A stretch of DNA of 64,000 bases from Candidatus Kaiserbacteria bacterium RIFCSPLOWO2_01_FULL_45_25 (GTDB lineage Bacteria > Patescibacteriota > Minisyncoccia > Phycocordibacterales > UBA918): NCBI GenBank assembly GCA_001781415.1, contig MFLT01000003.1, positions 6,672-70,671 on the forward strand, written 5' to 3'. The number at the start of each line of letters is the position of its first letter. Within the stretch, counting starts at the first letter, position 1. The notes under the pieces are model-generated. The model was not told the DNA's origin. It ran no database searches and was given only the letters and a program-made list of their open reading frames with translations. Shown one piece after another: positions 29,005 to 39,150 of this stretch. The translations under genes and the position numbers were made by a program.

Positions 29005-30132
29005 ATGGAAAAATCTAATCTGGGACGGCTTGTTATGACTGTCCTCTTCTCCTTCATCATCGGCATCATTTTGTTCGGTGTGAATTTTTTCACCGAACAG
29101 TCTTATGTCAGAATCCACATGATGTGGATGTGGCTCAGCCTCTTCTACATCATTTTCTCTTGGCGCTGGACCGAGCAAGTGCAGGCTGGCTTCAACGCCG
29201 TCCTGCAGCGCTTCGGAAAAAACGTGGACACTCTCGAGCCTGGTCTGCATTTCGCCCCTCTCTGGATCTACAAACTCCAGATGGTCGATATGCAAATCAA
29301 GCAGGACGAACTGCCTGACGAGCCAGAGAATATATGGCTCGGTGACGTTGACGCCATTCCGGGCGACAAAAAACCTGCTTTGCGAGTATCTTTCCGTGAT
29401 TCCATTACGGAGGCACAAGCACGGCAGATCTTCGGTGGCAGATTCACAGCTCCGGACGGTACAGTGTTCCAGGCAGACGTCCCCAAAGACGGCCTCTCGA
29501 GGCGTGTGACGGCACCGGTAGTGCCAGTGGTAGAGTACGTGGTCAAAAACCCCGAACTCTTTATCACCCGGTTCGCCCAAACCGCCGACCTCAGAAAGGT
29601 GCTGGAAGATGAAGTATTTCGCGTCATCAACATGCTCATGCCCAACATGAGCATCGGCCAAGCTTTGGCCAACAAAGCTTGGTTCAACTCCCACCTGAAA
29701 AAGACGGTTGAAGATCGCATCGAACGCGATGGTGAAGCGGGTAAAGATTGGGGTGTCGATGTCATCGGCGCTTTTATCAAAAACCTGCCACTGCATCACG
29801 GCCTCAACAAGGCCATTGGTGAAGCGAGCGAAGCGGAGTTCACTGGACGCGCAGACAAGGAACTCGCTATCCAGCGAGGAAAAGGTGCAGCTACGGCCGC
29901 TCATGACCTCGAAGCCGAGACCCTCAAAGGTCGCGGTGAAGGTCTCAAGGTAGCAATGAAGGCTACTGGGCTGACAGCTCAAGAAATCCAGGCCGCGGAA
30001 GTGGCTCGTGCAATTGGCGAAGGTGGCAACACTGTCGTGGTCGGTGGAGATGGCTTTGGCCAACTCCTCGGCGTCGTCAATGCCACTCTCGGTAAAAACG
30101 GTCAGAAGTCTGGCCAGAAAGGAAATCCGTGA
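29005..30132 (+). CDS. SPFH/band-7 domain membrane protein
   Basis: 2 TM then AVLQRFGK..LEPGLHF, WGVDV and a coiled coil; AGGAG SD; TTGACT promoter. Confidence 0.75.
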   Translation: MEKSNLGRLVMTVLFSFIIGIILFGVNFFTEQSYVRIHMMWMWLSLFYIIFSWRWTEQVQAGFNAVLQRFGKNVDTLEPGLHFAPLWIYKLQMVDMQIKQDELPDEPENIWLGDVDAIPGDKKPALRVSFRDSITEAQARQIFGGRFTAPDGTVFQADVPKDGLSRRVTAPVVPVVEYVVKNPELFITRFAQTADLRKVLEDEVFRVINMLMPNMSIGQALANKAWFNSHLKKTVEDRIERDGEAGKDWGVDVIGAFIKNLPLHHGLNKAIGEASEAEFTGRADKELAIQRGKGAATAAHDLEAETLKGRGEGLKVAMKATGLTAQEIQAAEVARAIGEGGNTVVVGGDGFGQLLGVVNATLGKNGQKSGQKGNP

Positions 30133-30968
30133 TTGAGTTTTTGATTGCGTTACTGGTGGTTGGATTGTTTGCGTGGCCGAAGCTGGTAAAGCTTTTGCCA
30201 CGTCAGGCAACTCCAGCCACACCAGCAGCACAAACCGGAGCGGGCAACCCTCCGGCACCAGCAGCACCATCCACTCCTGTTTCAAAGCGGGTCAAGTGGA
30301 TCGTTGGTGGCGTGATTGGCATCTTGATTCTGGCGCTCATTTGGCAGGCCTTGCCTACCGTGAGTACGCCAGAACAAGTGGCCAGCGTAAGCTGGTTCTA
30401 CAATCTCATGTCCTACCTGGATGTGAGCAATACAACCTTCGGCAAACCAGTTGCAGAACTGGTCGGTGTCACTCTGGCACCTTTCGTGCTGGCTATCGCT
30501 GCTGTGGCCTTGGCTGTGGCAGTGTTCTACCTAGTCCACTGGGGTGGAGGGGTGATGGTTGCCTTCGCAATCGTGCTGATGCTGGCCATTGGTTTCTACT
30601 GGGGCCTCAAAGCCTATGTCCAAGGGGACACGAGCTCAAGGCCTGTACCAGTCGATTTCCGGCGTGCAAACGTCGGAGAGACTGTGACGGTCCGGATGGA
30701 GCTGATGACTACTGCGGTGGTAAAACTCCGCATGGCCATCAAAGGTCGTGACAACGGTGTTTTCTGGGCTTGCCCAATTACCACCACTCCGGCCAAGCTC
30801 CCCTTCGCCCCAAAGTTCAAAGTGGCAGCCGGTGCTTACAACACCGAAAACCACATTGTTCTGACGCAAGCAAGCAAGGCGGAACTCATCGAGAACGGTA
30901 CCACCGCTATCGAGGTCACGTTCCAACTGGCAGTGGCACCGGACAACCCGTGCGCCAACCTGCTCTGA
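30129..30968 (+). CDS. Multi-TM membrane protein coupled to the SPFH gene
   Basis: GTGA start/stop overlap; about 4 TM plus a C-terminal domain with a Cys pair. Confidence 0.7.
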   Translation: MIEFLIALLVVGLFAWPKLVKLLPRQATPATPAAQTGAGNPPAPAAPSTPVSKRVKWIVGGVIGILILALIWQALPTVSTPEQVASVSWFYNLMSYLDVSNTTFGKPVAELVGVTLAPFVLAIAAVALAVAVFYLVHWGGGVMVAFAIVLMLAIGFYWGLKAYVQGDTSSRPVPVDFRRANVGETVTVRMELMTTAVVKLRMAIKGRDNGVFWACPITTTPAKLPFAPKFKVAAGAYNTENHIVLTQASKAELIENGTTAIEVTFQLAVAPDNPCANLL

Positions 30969-31037
30969 AGTAAGAAAATTGGAGCCACACAAAAGGCCTG
31001 GGAAGTTTTACTTTCCAGGCCTTTATTATTTTATATA

Positions 31038-31412
31038 TTATGGATTTGGAAACTGTGGAGGGTTTGGCAAAGTAAAAGCCGAACCGCAACCACTAGCTCC
31101 CGGAGTAGCCGCACAATCAAGCTGCTGTCCAAGTCCAAAGGTATTTGCTGCAAGTGTGAGAATTGCGTATGCCGATACCATAACAGTGAGTCCGATAAGA
31201 CCATACATAATATGCTTCTTACCATCTGCGCGTGCTGCATCATTATCAGCATTAAAGATGTAGACTGCAGAACCATAGATAAAGAATAAGAAAGCGATAC
31301 CAGACAATAAAGCAATGAGTGGAAACAGAATAGCATCGTTAAATCGCCCTACAAATTCTGCCGCCTCTGCCGCTCCTTGGCCTGCTTGGGCCGCCTGCTG
31401 TTGTGGTGTCAT
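31038..31412 (-). CDS. TrbC/VirB2-like pilin-family protein
   Basis: TM-RADGKKHIMYGLIGL-TM. Confidence 0.7.
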   Translation of the reverse strand: MTPQQQAAQAGQGAAEAAEFVGRFNDAILFPLIALLSGIAFLFFIYGSAVYIFNADNDAARADGKKHIMYGLIGLTVMVSAYAILTLAANTFGLGQQLDCAATPGASGCGSAFTLPNPPQFPNP

Positions 31413-31505
31413 ATTTTATAATAATACCAGAAATTTGCCGCAGCCTAGCCGTAATACACAAAAGCCCCGTTAGGGGCTTTTGTGTAACATAAGTTAAGAG
31501 GTTAA

Positions 31506-31886
31506 TTAAAGACCTCCTACTTGTGGAATGTTATCTAGAGTATCTCCCTCTAGTCCAGTACTACTAGCGAGAAGGTTTACTACTCCCCAGAATACAATAA
31601 TAAGGAGGAAACCGAGTGTTGCGTAAATCATCAAACTCTTTCCTTGCTCCTTAGCATCATCGTTAGCACCGCCAACAATGAAGAACTTGAACATACCCCA
31701 AACGAAGACGAGGAAACCGATACCAATGATAAACGGAATAAGTACTTCGTTGGTAAATTCAATAATATTTCGAAGCAATGTTTCAAATTGACCACCTCCT
31801 CCTGAGGTTGCAATTTGAGCAAGTGCTACCATCGGTGAGAGGAGCATTGCAGCTGCTGATCCGGCAAATAAATTTAAACGTCGCAT
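31506..31886 (-). CDS. TrbC/VirB2-like pilin-family protein
   Basis: Signal ..VALAQ; TM-KEQGKSLMIYA-TM; IVFWGVVNL. Confidence 0.75.
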   Translation of the reverse strand: MRRLNLFAGSAAAMLLSPMVALAQIATSGGGGQFETLLRNIIEFTNEVLIPFIIGIGFLVFVWGMFKFFIVGGANDDAKEQGKSLMIYATLGFLLIIVFWGVVNLLASSTGLEGDTLDNIPQVGGL

Positions 31887-31990
31887 ACAACAATTTTGAT
31901 ATTAATAATAACGCGCTACCTATAATTATACACAAAATTGTAGCGTAGCGCGCTAGCTTAAGCAGGTATGTGTATAAGTCTATACTAGGC

Positions 31991-32320
31991 CTAAAAGCCA
32001 AATATCGACTGCCGAAGCATGGCCACGACACCCCAAGCAATTACCATCAAGACCACAACAAAGACTGCGACCGTCGCATATTTCTTCCCTTCTTCACGTT
32101 TTTGTTCGTCGCCACCATTGAGGACCCAAGCATCAAATATCTTCCAAACTAAAAATAAAAAGACAACCGAGAAAATGGCTGGGATAATTAAATTTATAAT
32201 CCCAAGAATTTGATCTACAAAGCCATTAAAGGTGGTGGGAGTTGTAACCTGAGCAAGTGCTACCATCGGTGTAAGGAGCGTTGCAGCTGCTGATCCGGCA
32301 AATAAATTTAAGCGTCGCAT
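31991..32320 (-). CDS. TrbC/VirB2-like pilin-family protein
   Basis: Same signal peptide as 31506-31886; REEGKKYA; IAWGVV. Confidence 0.75.
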   Translation of the reverse strand: MRRLNLFAGSAAATLLTPMVALAQVTTPTTFNGFVDQILGIINLIIPAIFSVVFLFLVWKIFDAWVLNGGDEQKREEGKKYATVAVFVVVLMVIAWGVVAMLRQSIFGF

Positions 32321-32337
32321 ATGATAAATTATGATAT

Positions 32338-32703
32338 TTAGAATGACTGTACTAAGTTACTGATAATTTCGGCAATCGCTACTGCACCAAGTACTAGCAC
32401 GCCACCAATGATGGCGTACGTCAGTGAGCGAGTGGCTTGCTCAATTTGTTGAGCGTTACCTTTGGCTGTCACATACAAGAACCCAGCGTAAATAATGAAG
32501 AACACAATAATTGGTACCGCGAGCACAATCACGATATTGAGGATAGCCGCCAAAAGTTCAGTGATGGTATTTACCCGGAGTGGGTTAGCAAGTGTAACCA
32601 CCTGACCCTGTGCACCCTGCGCCAAGGCCACTGATACCGAAGCCAACCAGGCTACAGCAGTAAGGAGAGCGGTCTCTAGAGTCTTTGGAATACTTTTTAG
32701 CAT
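32338..32703 (-). CDS. TrbC/VirB2-like pilin-family protein
   Basis: LANPL, IIYAGFLYVTAKGN..IEQATRSLTYAIIG. Confidence 0.8.
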   Translation of the reverse strand: MLKSIPKTLETALLTAVAWLASVSVALAQGAQGQVVTLANPLRVNTITELLAAILNIVIVLAVPIIVFFIIYAGFLYVTAKGNAQQIEQATRSLTYAIIGGVLVLGAVAIAEIISNLVQSF

Positions 32704-32724
32704 GAAGATTTAATTATTTTAAAA

Positions 32725-34032
32725 TTAATAATACGCCTGCTGAGCGCGATTAACAGCGTCGTTGGCAGCTGAGCTAATATCACGACGATTAGCATTAATA
32801 TCATCAAGCATTTGCGTCATGATATCACCAAAGACAGTGGCGTCGGGATTGAGCCAGCCACGTGCATATGGAGCTGAGGTATAAGCGATCCGTCCATACA
32901 CGTCATTACTACCAGCAATCAAAAGACTGCGGTTGGCCGGAGCAAAGTTGTAACCATCGCTTAGTTGTTTGGCTGTCTCTGGCGCAGCTAGACGTAGCAT
33001 CACGGCGTACGCGCCATTTTTATTAATAGACGCTTTGGGAATCGTAAATGCGTAAAACTTGCCATAGGTGCGGCGAACCGAAGCCGTCTCTCCTTGTGGC
33101 ACTTCAGCAATATCAAAGCTGAGGTTTGGGTTCTTGGCTGCCAAGTCACGTCCTTCACTTGCAAAGCCAAAGTACATTGCCAAGTCTTCACTGAGGAACA
33201 TGTCTCTATCTAGGCGCAAGGCGCGATTCCAACTGTATAGGGTGTTACCGGTGTTACTGAAATTAGTAAAGAAAGCTGCGGCATTGGTGAAAGGTTGTGC
33301 GGCAGTCACTTCACCAGGTAATTGATTGAGTGAGACCTGGTAGGTGCCACGGGCTTCTGTCACCAAGGCACTACCTCCTTGAATGGCCAGCAGTGAAATA
33401 ATCGGGAAGGCATTTTTGATATTACGGTATTCGCCCATCGCGATACCAGCCGTTTGGATATTACGACTAAAATCGCGCACGGTCAGAGTTGGTACGGTAT
33501 TTGCAACCACTTCTTCCCAAGTCTTTGGGGCTACAATCAATCCCCCACGAGCGAAGATGTCACGGTTCCAAAATAGCACTAGTGGATCAACTGCCACTGG
33601 CATACCATAGAGGCCATCAGCTAGTGCAAAAACTTCTGCTCCATCTATGTAGGTAGTACGGAAATCACGTAGTGGGAATGTCTCATATGATAATGGTTGC
33701 AAGCGAACGCGATGCTTCACCAAACGCTCCTGAGACATAAACAACAAATCTGGTGGTGTCTGGTCGGCCAGCGCGTTTACAAACGCCGTATCAAAATCTT
33801 CTGGTGGAAAGTACTTATAGGTAACAGCATTAAAACCTGGGTCAGCAGTACGCACCTCACGAAGTACCGAATCAAATACCTCAGCTGGAACATCACCCCA
33901 AATTGCCACCGCTCCCACTTCAGTCACGTTTTCATCTGGTGCTGGCTCATATGCGCGCAAAAGAATAAGCGCCACAAACATGAGGACCCCAAAGACAACT
34001 ACCAGCACTAATTCAAATGGTCTTAATTTCAT
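32725..34032 (-). CDS. Extracellular solute-binding protein (sugar ABC family 1-like)
   Basis: N-terminal TM; YGMPVAVDPLVLFWNRDIF; PKTWEE; FDIAEVPQ. Confidence 0.85.
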   Translation of the reverse strand: MKLRPFELVLVVVFGVLMFVALILLRAYEPAPDENVTEVGAVAIWGDVPAEVFDSVLREVRTADPGFNAVTYKYFPPEDFDTAFVNALADQTPPDLLFMSQERLVKHRVRLQPLSYETFPLRDFRTTYIDGAEVFALADGLYGMPVAVDPLVLFWNRDIFARGGLIVAPKTWEEVVANTVPTLTVRDFSRNIQTAGIAMGEYRNIKNAFPIISLLAIQGGSALVTEARGTYQVSLNQLPGEVTAAQPFTNAAAFFTNFSNTGNTLYSWNRALRLDRDMFLSEDLAMYFGFASEGRDLAAKNPNLSFDIAEVPQGETASVRRTYGKFYAFTIPKASINKNGAYAVMLRLAAPETAKQLSDGYNFAPANRSLLIAGSNDVYGRIAYTSAPYARGWLNPDATVFGDIMTQMLDDINANRRDISSAANDAVNRAQQAYY

Positions 34033-34577
34033 ACTTTTCTAACAGCTAAGCCATAATGATGCTCACCGGCTGGATACTCCCGCTCTGGTATAAAGCGGGC
34101 CGCCTCACAAAGAGCAGTCGCCTGCTCTTGAGTAATTACATCTTTCGGTTGTGGACCGAGTCCACCAAAAGATTCTGTCCAATCAATAATATGCAGGACA
34201 CCACCAGGACGAAGGACCCGGTAAATTTCCTGCAATGCAGTTTCTTTAAGTTCAAACTGAAATAAAGTATTGACCAAGATAGCAGCATCGAGGGTGTTAT
34301 TGGGTAGCTTAATACCACCAACTTCTTCCAGATCACACCAAAGTGGACTGATATTTGAGAGGCCACTAAGGCGAGCAAATTCACCTAGCTTGTCCACTAG
34401 TTGCTTTTGGATTTCGCAGGCATAGACCTTACCCTCAGGACCAACTGCATCAGAAAGCGGTTTCAAAAAAAACCCGCCACCAGCACCGAGATCAGCCACT
34501 CTTTCTCCGGGCTTCAAGTGGAAGTGGGTTGCAACAACTTCAGGTATTACGAAACGACCAGGTAAGACAAAATTCAT
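34029..34577 (-). CDS. Class I SAM-dependent methyltransferase
   Basis: VADLGAGGGFF, VYACEIQ, RVLRPGGVLHIIDW. Confidence 0.88.
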   Translation of the reverse strand: MNFVLPGRFVIPEVVATHFHLKPGERVADLGAGGGFFLKPLSDAVGPEGKVYACEIQKQLVDKLGEFARLSGLSNISPLWCDLEEVGGIKLPNNTLDAAILVNTLFQFELKETALQEIYRVLRPGGVLHIIDWTESFGGLGPQPKDVITQEQATALCEAARFIPEREYPAGEHHYGLAVRKV

Positions 34578-34727
34578 ACGTATATTATACACGACCATCA
34601 TCCTTAGAGACTCCGGCCTGTGTAATAAAAAACCACCCAGGTGAGTGGGTGGTTTTTAAATCTCTATCTAATATCGTCTATGGTCATTACCTTTAATGAC
34701 GCCTTAGAGCGCGAGTCCTAGTGAATT

Positions 34728-34824
34728 AAGTAAAACAAGGAGCCGTCGGCGACTATGCTTTTACTTATGCAGACGCAATGTTTGTTTCGACCCCGCAGGG
34801 AGAAACAAACATATGCGGCCTGCA
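34728..34824 (+). repeat. Family-B structured element, copy 2
   Basis: GGAG-CCGTCGG-CGACTAT..TGCAGAC..CGACCCCGCAGGGAG..CCTGCA. Confidence 0.8.
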
Positions 34825-35006
34825 CCCAAGGGAATGGAAAATCAAGGACTTAGTTCGTAATATGCCCTTTGGAGATATCGAATTTAACATCGTCTATGGC
34901 AATCACCTTCAGCGAAGTTTTAGAGTTCGAGTCCTAGCAATTTGCCCTAGGAAGGGGCAAATTGAGGACAAAATTCGCCATAGTCGCTACGCTCGTTGGC
35001 TCATTT

Positions 35007-37475
35007 TTAAACGAACACCACGCTGGCAATTGCATCACCATCACGCATCTTCATGACGCGGACTCCTTGGGTCTGGCGACCGAGGGTTGGGACGTCCTTG
35101 AGTGGAAGCTTAATCACCTGCCCCTTCTGACTCATGATAACCAACTCTCCATCAGCTCGCTCATCTTCTTTGAGCACAATTCCGCAAACAATCTGTCCTG
35201 TCTTACTGGTCAACTTGGCGGTCTTGATACCTGATCCACCACGCTTTTGGACTTTGTATTCTTTGGCTGGAGTAGTCTTACCATACCCGAGCTGGGTCAC
35301 AATGAGGACTTCAGTCTTCTTATCATCTTTCTTAAATACATCGGCTGAGACAATGTGGTCTCCCTTACCGAGCTTCATACCAGTTACTCCAGCGGCAGTA
35401 CGACCCATTTCACGAACATCATTTTCCTTGAAACGGATTGATTGCCCTAGCAGTGTCACAAGTGAGACCTCGTCTCCCTTACCAACGAACTTGGCAGCAA
35501 TGAGTGAATCGTCTTCTTTGAGGGTGATGGCAATGAGTCCACTGCGACGAACATCCTTAAAGGCAGAAGCGTCACTCTTCTTGGCTACACCGTTCTTAGT
35601 AATCATCATGAGACCCCATTCACCAGCCCATTCCTCCTTGCGAACTGCTAGCACTGACGTAATCTTCTCTTCTTGTGTCATTGAAAGGAAGTTCATAATG
35701 GACTTACCTTTAGTGGCCTTACGTCCTTCTGGGATTTCAAACATCTTACTTTGGTACACCTTACCCTTATCAGTGAAGAAGAGGAGATCACTGTGAGCTG
35801 AAGTAGTAAGTAGTGTAGTAACCACATCTTCTTCCTTGGTGTTTAGGTCAATCACCCCTACCCCACCACGCTTTTGAGTTTTGTATTCTTCTGGGTTGGT
35901 ACGCTTTACGTAACCTCCAGCCGTGAGTACAAGCACACTTTCATCGTCAGGTATGAGGTCTTCTTGAGACATTTGCTTTACACCACCTTTTACGATTTTT
36001 GTGCGACGGTCATCGCCATACTTCTCGGCAATTTCGAGCAAATCATCTTTTACAATCTTCATCATCTTTTCTTTACTCTTGAGAATAGACTGAAGTTCCT
36101 TGATGAGCTTTTGCACTTCAGCTAGTTCGTCTTCAATCTTCTTGCGTTCAAGACCAGCCAGCTTCTGCAGGCGCATATCAAGAATCGCCTGGGCTTGGAT
36201 AGCTGAGAATTTAAATTCTTTCATCAAAGCCGCGTGTGCAGTCGGTACGTCCTTAGCAGCACGAATGAGCTTGATAATCTTGTCGATATGATCAAGCGCT
36301 TTCTTAAGACCAAGCAAGATATGCTCGCGGTCTTGAGCTTTGGTGAGGTCATACTGAGTGCGACGACGGATAACTTCAGCTCGGTGTTTTACATACTCCT
36401 CGAGGATCACCTTGAGTGAAAGAGTCTGTGGAATTCCGTCTACGAGCGCCACCATGTTGTAGTGGAAGGTATCTTCGAGCTGAGTGTGCTTGTACAGTTT
36501 ATTTAAAATAGTTTGTGGCTGAGCACCAGTCTTAAGTTCAATCACGATACGGATATCAGAGGTTGACTCATCGCGCATGTCACGAATACCTTCAATACGC
36601 TTGTCGCGTACCAAGTCTGCAATCTTAACCTGCAAGTCAGCCTTGTTGACGCGATATGGAATTGAAGTGATGACAATTGAAAACGCCCCACGCTTATCTT
36701 CCACAATCTCTGCCTCACCACGAACTACTACTCCGCCCTTACCGTTAGCGTAAGCGTGCGCAATGTCTTTTTGATTGAAGGCTACCGCTCCCACAGGGAA
36801 ATCTGGTCCTTTCACAAACTTGAGCAAGTCGTCTGTAGTAGCGCCTGGATTATCAATGAGGTGCGCCACTGCCGCCGCCACTTCCCGAAGGTTGTGTGGA
36901 GGGATGTTAGTCGCCATACCCACCGCAATACCAAGCGAACCGAGCAAGAGGAGGTTTGGTACAGCCGCTGGGAGAACCACTGGCTCCTTCTTGGTGCCGT
37001 CAAAGTTTGGCCGCCAATCAACTGTATCCTTCTCAAGATCGCGCAGTAGCTCTTCAGCTACCTTAGACATTTTGGCTTCAGTGTATCGGTAGGCCGCAGC
37101 TCCGTCTCCGTCGATTGAACCAAAGTTTCCTTGTCCAAGTACGAGTGGGTAGCGAGTAGCAAAGTTTTGTGCCAACTTAACCATAGCTTCATATACAGAG
37201 GCGTCTCCATGAGGGTGAAGACTACCAAGAACGTCTCCAACTACTGTCGCAGATTTCTTAAACTTAGCCGTTGAGGTAAGTCCATTGAGTCGCATCGAAT
37301 AGAGGATGCGTCGGTGTACCGGCTTTAGACCATCACGTACGTCAGGCAGGGCTCGCGACGTAATAACCGACATCGCATAGTCTAGGTATGCGGTCTCCAT
37401 TTCGCTCGTGATACTTTGAGCCACTATTCCGCGTGGTGAGGCTGGTGTTTCGTCAACAATTGTCTTTTTCGGCAT
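35007..37475 (-). CDS. gyrA: DNA gyrase subunit A
   Basis: [30 protein letters not shown], GyrA box QKRGGVG. Confidence 0.97.
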   Translation of the reverse strand: MPKKTIVDETPASPRGIVAQSITSEMETAYLDYAMSVITSRALPDVRDGLKPVHRRILYSMRLNGLTSTAKFKKSATVVGDVLGSLHPHGDASVYEAMVKLAQNFATRYPLVLGQGNFGSIDGDGAAAYRYTEAKMSKVAEELLRDLEKDTVDWRPNFDGTKKEPVVLPAAVPNLLLLGSLGIAVGMATNIPPHNLREVAAAVAHLIDNPGATTDDLLKFVKGPDFPVGAVAFNQKDIAHAYANGKGGVVVRGEAEIVEDKRGAFSIVITSIPYRVNKADLQVKIADLVRDKRIEGIRDMRDESTSDIRIVIELKTGAQPQTILNKLYKHTQLEDTFHYNMVALVDGIPQTLSLKVILEEYVKHRAEVIRRRTQYDLTKAQDREHILLGLKKALDHIDKIIKLIRAAKDVPTAHAALMKEFKFSAIQAQAILDMRLQKLAGLERKKIEDELAEVQKLIKELQSILKSKEKMMKIVKDDLLEIAEKYGDDRRTKIVKGGVKQMSQEDLIPDDESVLVLTAGGYVKRTNPEEYKTQKRGGVGVIDLNTKEEDVVTTLLTTSAHSDLLFFTDKGKVYQSKMFEIPEGRKATKGKSIMNFLSMTQEEKITSVLAVRKEEWAGEWGLMMITKNGVAKKSDASAFKDVRRSGLIAITLKEDDSLIAAKFVGKGDEVSLVTLLGQSIRFKENDVREMGRTAAGVTGMKLGKGDHIVSADVFKKDDKKTEVLIVTQLGYGKTTPAKEYKVQKRGGSGIKTAKLTSKTGQIVCGIVLKEDERADGELVIMSQKGQVIKLPLKDVPTLGRQTQGVRVMKMRDGDAIASVVFV

Positions 37476-37523
37476 ATGTCTATGACTCGCTTTCCGCTAA
37501 AAATAATAAAGAGTATACCACAA

Positions 37524-37940
37524 TTACTGCTCTGTCGTAGTGGCTGTGGTGGTGCCAATTAACACTTCTTTGTACTGTACTTCTTGGCTACTAGTGGCTG
37601 TAGACGAAGCTTTGGCCGAGGCTGTAGCTTTGTCTTCTTCTGTGAGAATCAGGTTAGCGGCAGTGGTAGTAGCGGCAGGGGTCGGAGCTCCTTGGTCTAC
37701 TATTGGCTCTTCCGTAGAGGCTGCTTTGAGGGCTGCTAGTTGCTCCTTAGATTTTTTAATTAGAGTCGCAAAGGGGCTAATACTATCACTCACAATTAAG
37801 TCGCCATTAATTGGAGCTTGGAGCCTAGCTGTTACCCAAAACACGCAGACCACCATCGTAAAGACACCGGCAGTGACAAGAGCGTAGTTATCGCGTACCT
37901 CTTTTGGCTTTCGATAGATGTTTTGTAAAAATTTACGCAT
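37524..37940 (-). CDS. Hypothetical single-TM protein
   Basis: Basic N-terminus, one TM, Thr/Ala-rich tail. Confidence 0.65.
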   Translation of the reverse strand: MRKFLQNIYRKPKEVRDNYALVTAGVFTMVVCVFWVTARLQAPINGDLIVSDSISPFATLIKKSKEQLAALKAASTEEPIVDQGAPTPAATTTAANLILTEEDKATASAKASSTATSSQEVQYKEVLIGTTTATTTEQ

Positions 37941-37968
37941 ATATAACCCACCCCTCCTCCACTTTTAC

Positions 37969-38592
37969 TTAAGCTGCTTTTAGAACCTTAACTTGTCCTT
38001 CCATTTCGAGAACGTCCTTCTTTTTGATAGTTAGCTTATCAGTAGCAGTTTCTCCTTCTGCGCCAATTTCTTTGAGAAAGGCCCCGAGCGCAGTCTTGTC
38101 GTAGTGCATCGGAATAACGAGCTTGGCCTCGAGCTTAACAGCCAGCTTTGAGGCCGCTGGTACATCAAGTACATCTCCACCACCAATTGGAACAAAGAGA
38201 ATGTCGATATCCCCGAATTCACCGAGAATCTTTGGATCAATTTCAGCTGAACTAATTGCCCCTAGGAAAATCATATTAATATCCTCCAGACGAACTTGAT
38301 AGATAGTGTTGTAACGCTCTACCCCCTCATATATAGTCTTAACTCCGAAACCACGGGCAGTTACTTCCCCTACTTCATACTCACCTGGGCCTTGCACCAC
38401 ATATGGCGCCTTGTTGCCATGGGCCGCCTGGTCGGCTCCGTTGAAGTTTGGATGATTGAGTGAAATAAAAGCTACGTCTGCTCCGAACTTAGTGCTTGGT
38501 AATTTGGAATTCTTTGCAATAGGGTCAAAAGCGATTGTAGTGTCTCCAAAAGACACCTTAAAACACTGACCTCCCTGATATGTAATAACCAT
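37969..38592 (-). CDS. MBL-fold protein (Lactamase_B_3-like), metal motif degenerate
   Basis: ITYQGGQCFK, GPGEYEVG, DIDILFVPIGG, VIPMHY; SLNHPNFN replaces the HxHxDH motif. Confidence 0.8.
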   Translation of the reverse strand: MVITYQGGQCFKVSFGDTTIAFDPIAKNSKLPSTKFGADVAFISLNHPNFNGADQAAHGNKAPYVVQGPGEYEVGEVTARGFGVKTIYEGVERYNTIYQVRLEDINMIFLGAISSAEIDPKILGEFGDIDILFVPIGGGDVLDVPAASKLAVKLEAKLVIPMHYDKTALGAFLKEIGAEGETATDKLTIKKKDVLEMEGQVKVLKAA

Positions 38593-38740
38593 AGTGCCAC
38601 TAGTATACGATACTGTCGGCAGAACTAGAAATTTTGTCGCTTTAATTATCATTTTCAATAGCAAAATCAATTCCTTTACGAAAGACAGACAAAATACTTT
38701 ATGGTAACCTAGCTACATCACAACTTTTGAGGAGACTCAA

Positions 38741-38908
38741 ATGTCCAGTTCTTTAGACGCAGGCAATTCAGCCAAGCAGGCTGACGAAATCCGCGAATCC
38801 AAGTGCCCTAAGTCGGAAGACAAAAAGCACGAATGGGTGAAACATGGCACATATCCATCGACCTGGTATGCCTGCAAACACTGCGAAACCAGCATCTACG
38901 ACAAATGA
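38741..38908 (+). CDS. 55-aa zinc-finger-like peptide (not in ORF track)
   Basis: GAGGAG SD; C-x7-HEW..CKHC; downstream hairpin. Confidence 0.65.
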   Translation: MSSSLDAGNSAKQADEIRESKCPKSEDKKHEWVKHGTYPSTWYACKHCETSIYDK

Positions 38909-39150
38909 CGGCTCTGCCGGTTCCAAAACCGCACCACTTTACACCCTCCCGGTTTAAAGTTGTGCGGTTTTCATATATATGATTAAGCTAACTTCCCTAG
39001 ACATTTTGACGTTTCTATACTATATTTGGCGGACCATTTTTGGTAATTAATAGTTTCCTAGCGGCACACGGTAACCCCCAGACTCATGCACACGGCTACG
39101 AGTAACGGTTGTCTGGACCTGTGGCGTCGGAATAACAAAAGAAAAAGAGT

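Noticed and set aside
28993-30285. 430-aa minus-strand ORF
   Set aside because: Antisense shadow of the GC-rich SPFH gene, which has the promoter, SD and domain signal.
39060-39130. Named riboswitch in the rpsA leader
   Set aside because: Some pairing is visible (CCAGAC/GTCTGG) but there is no motif I can assign; at most an unverified leader structure.
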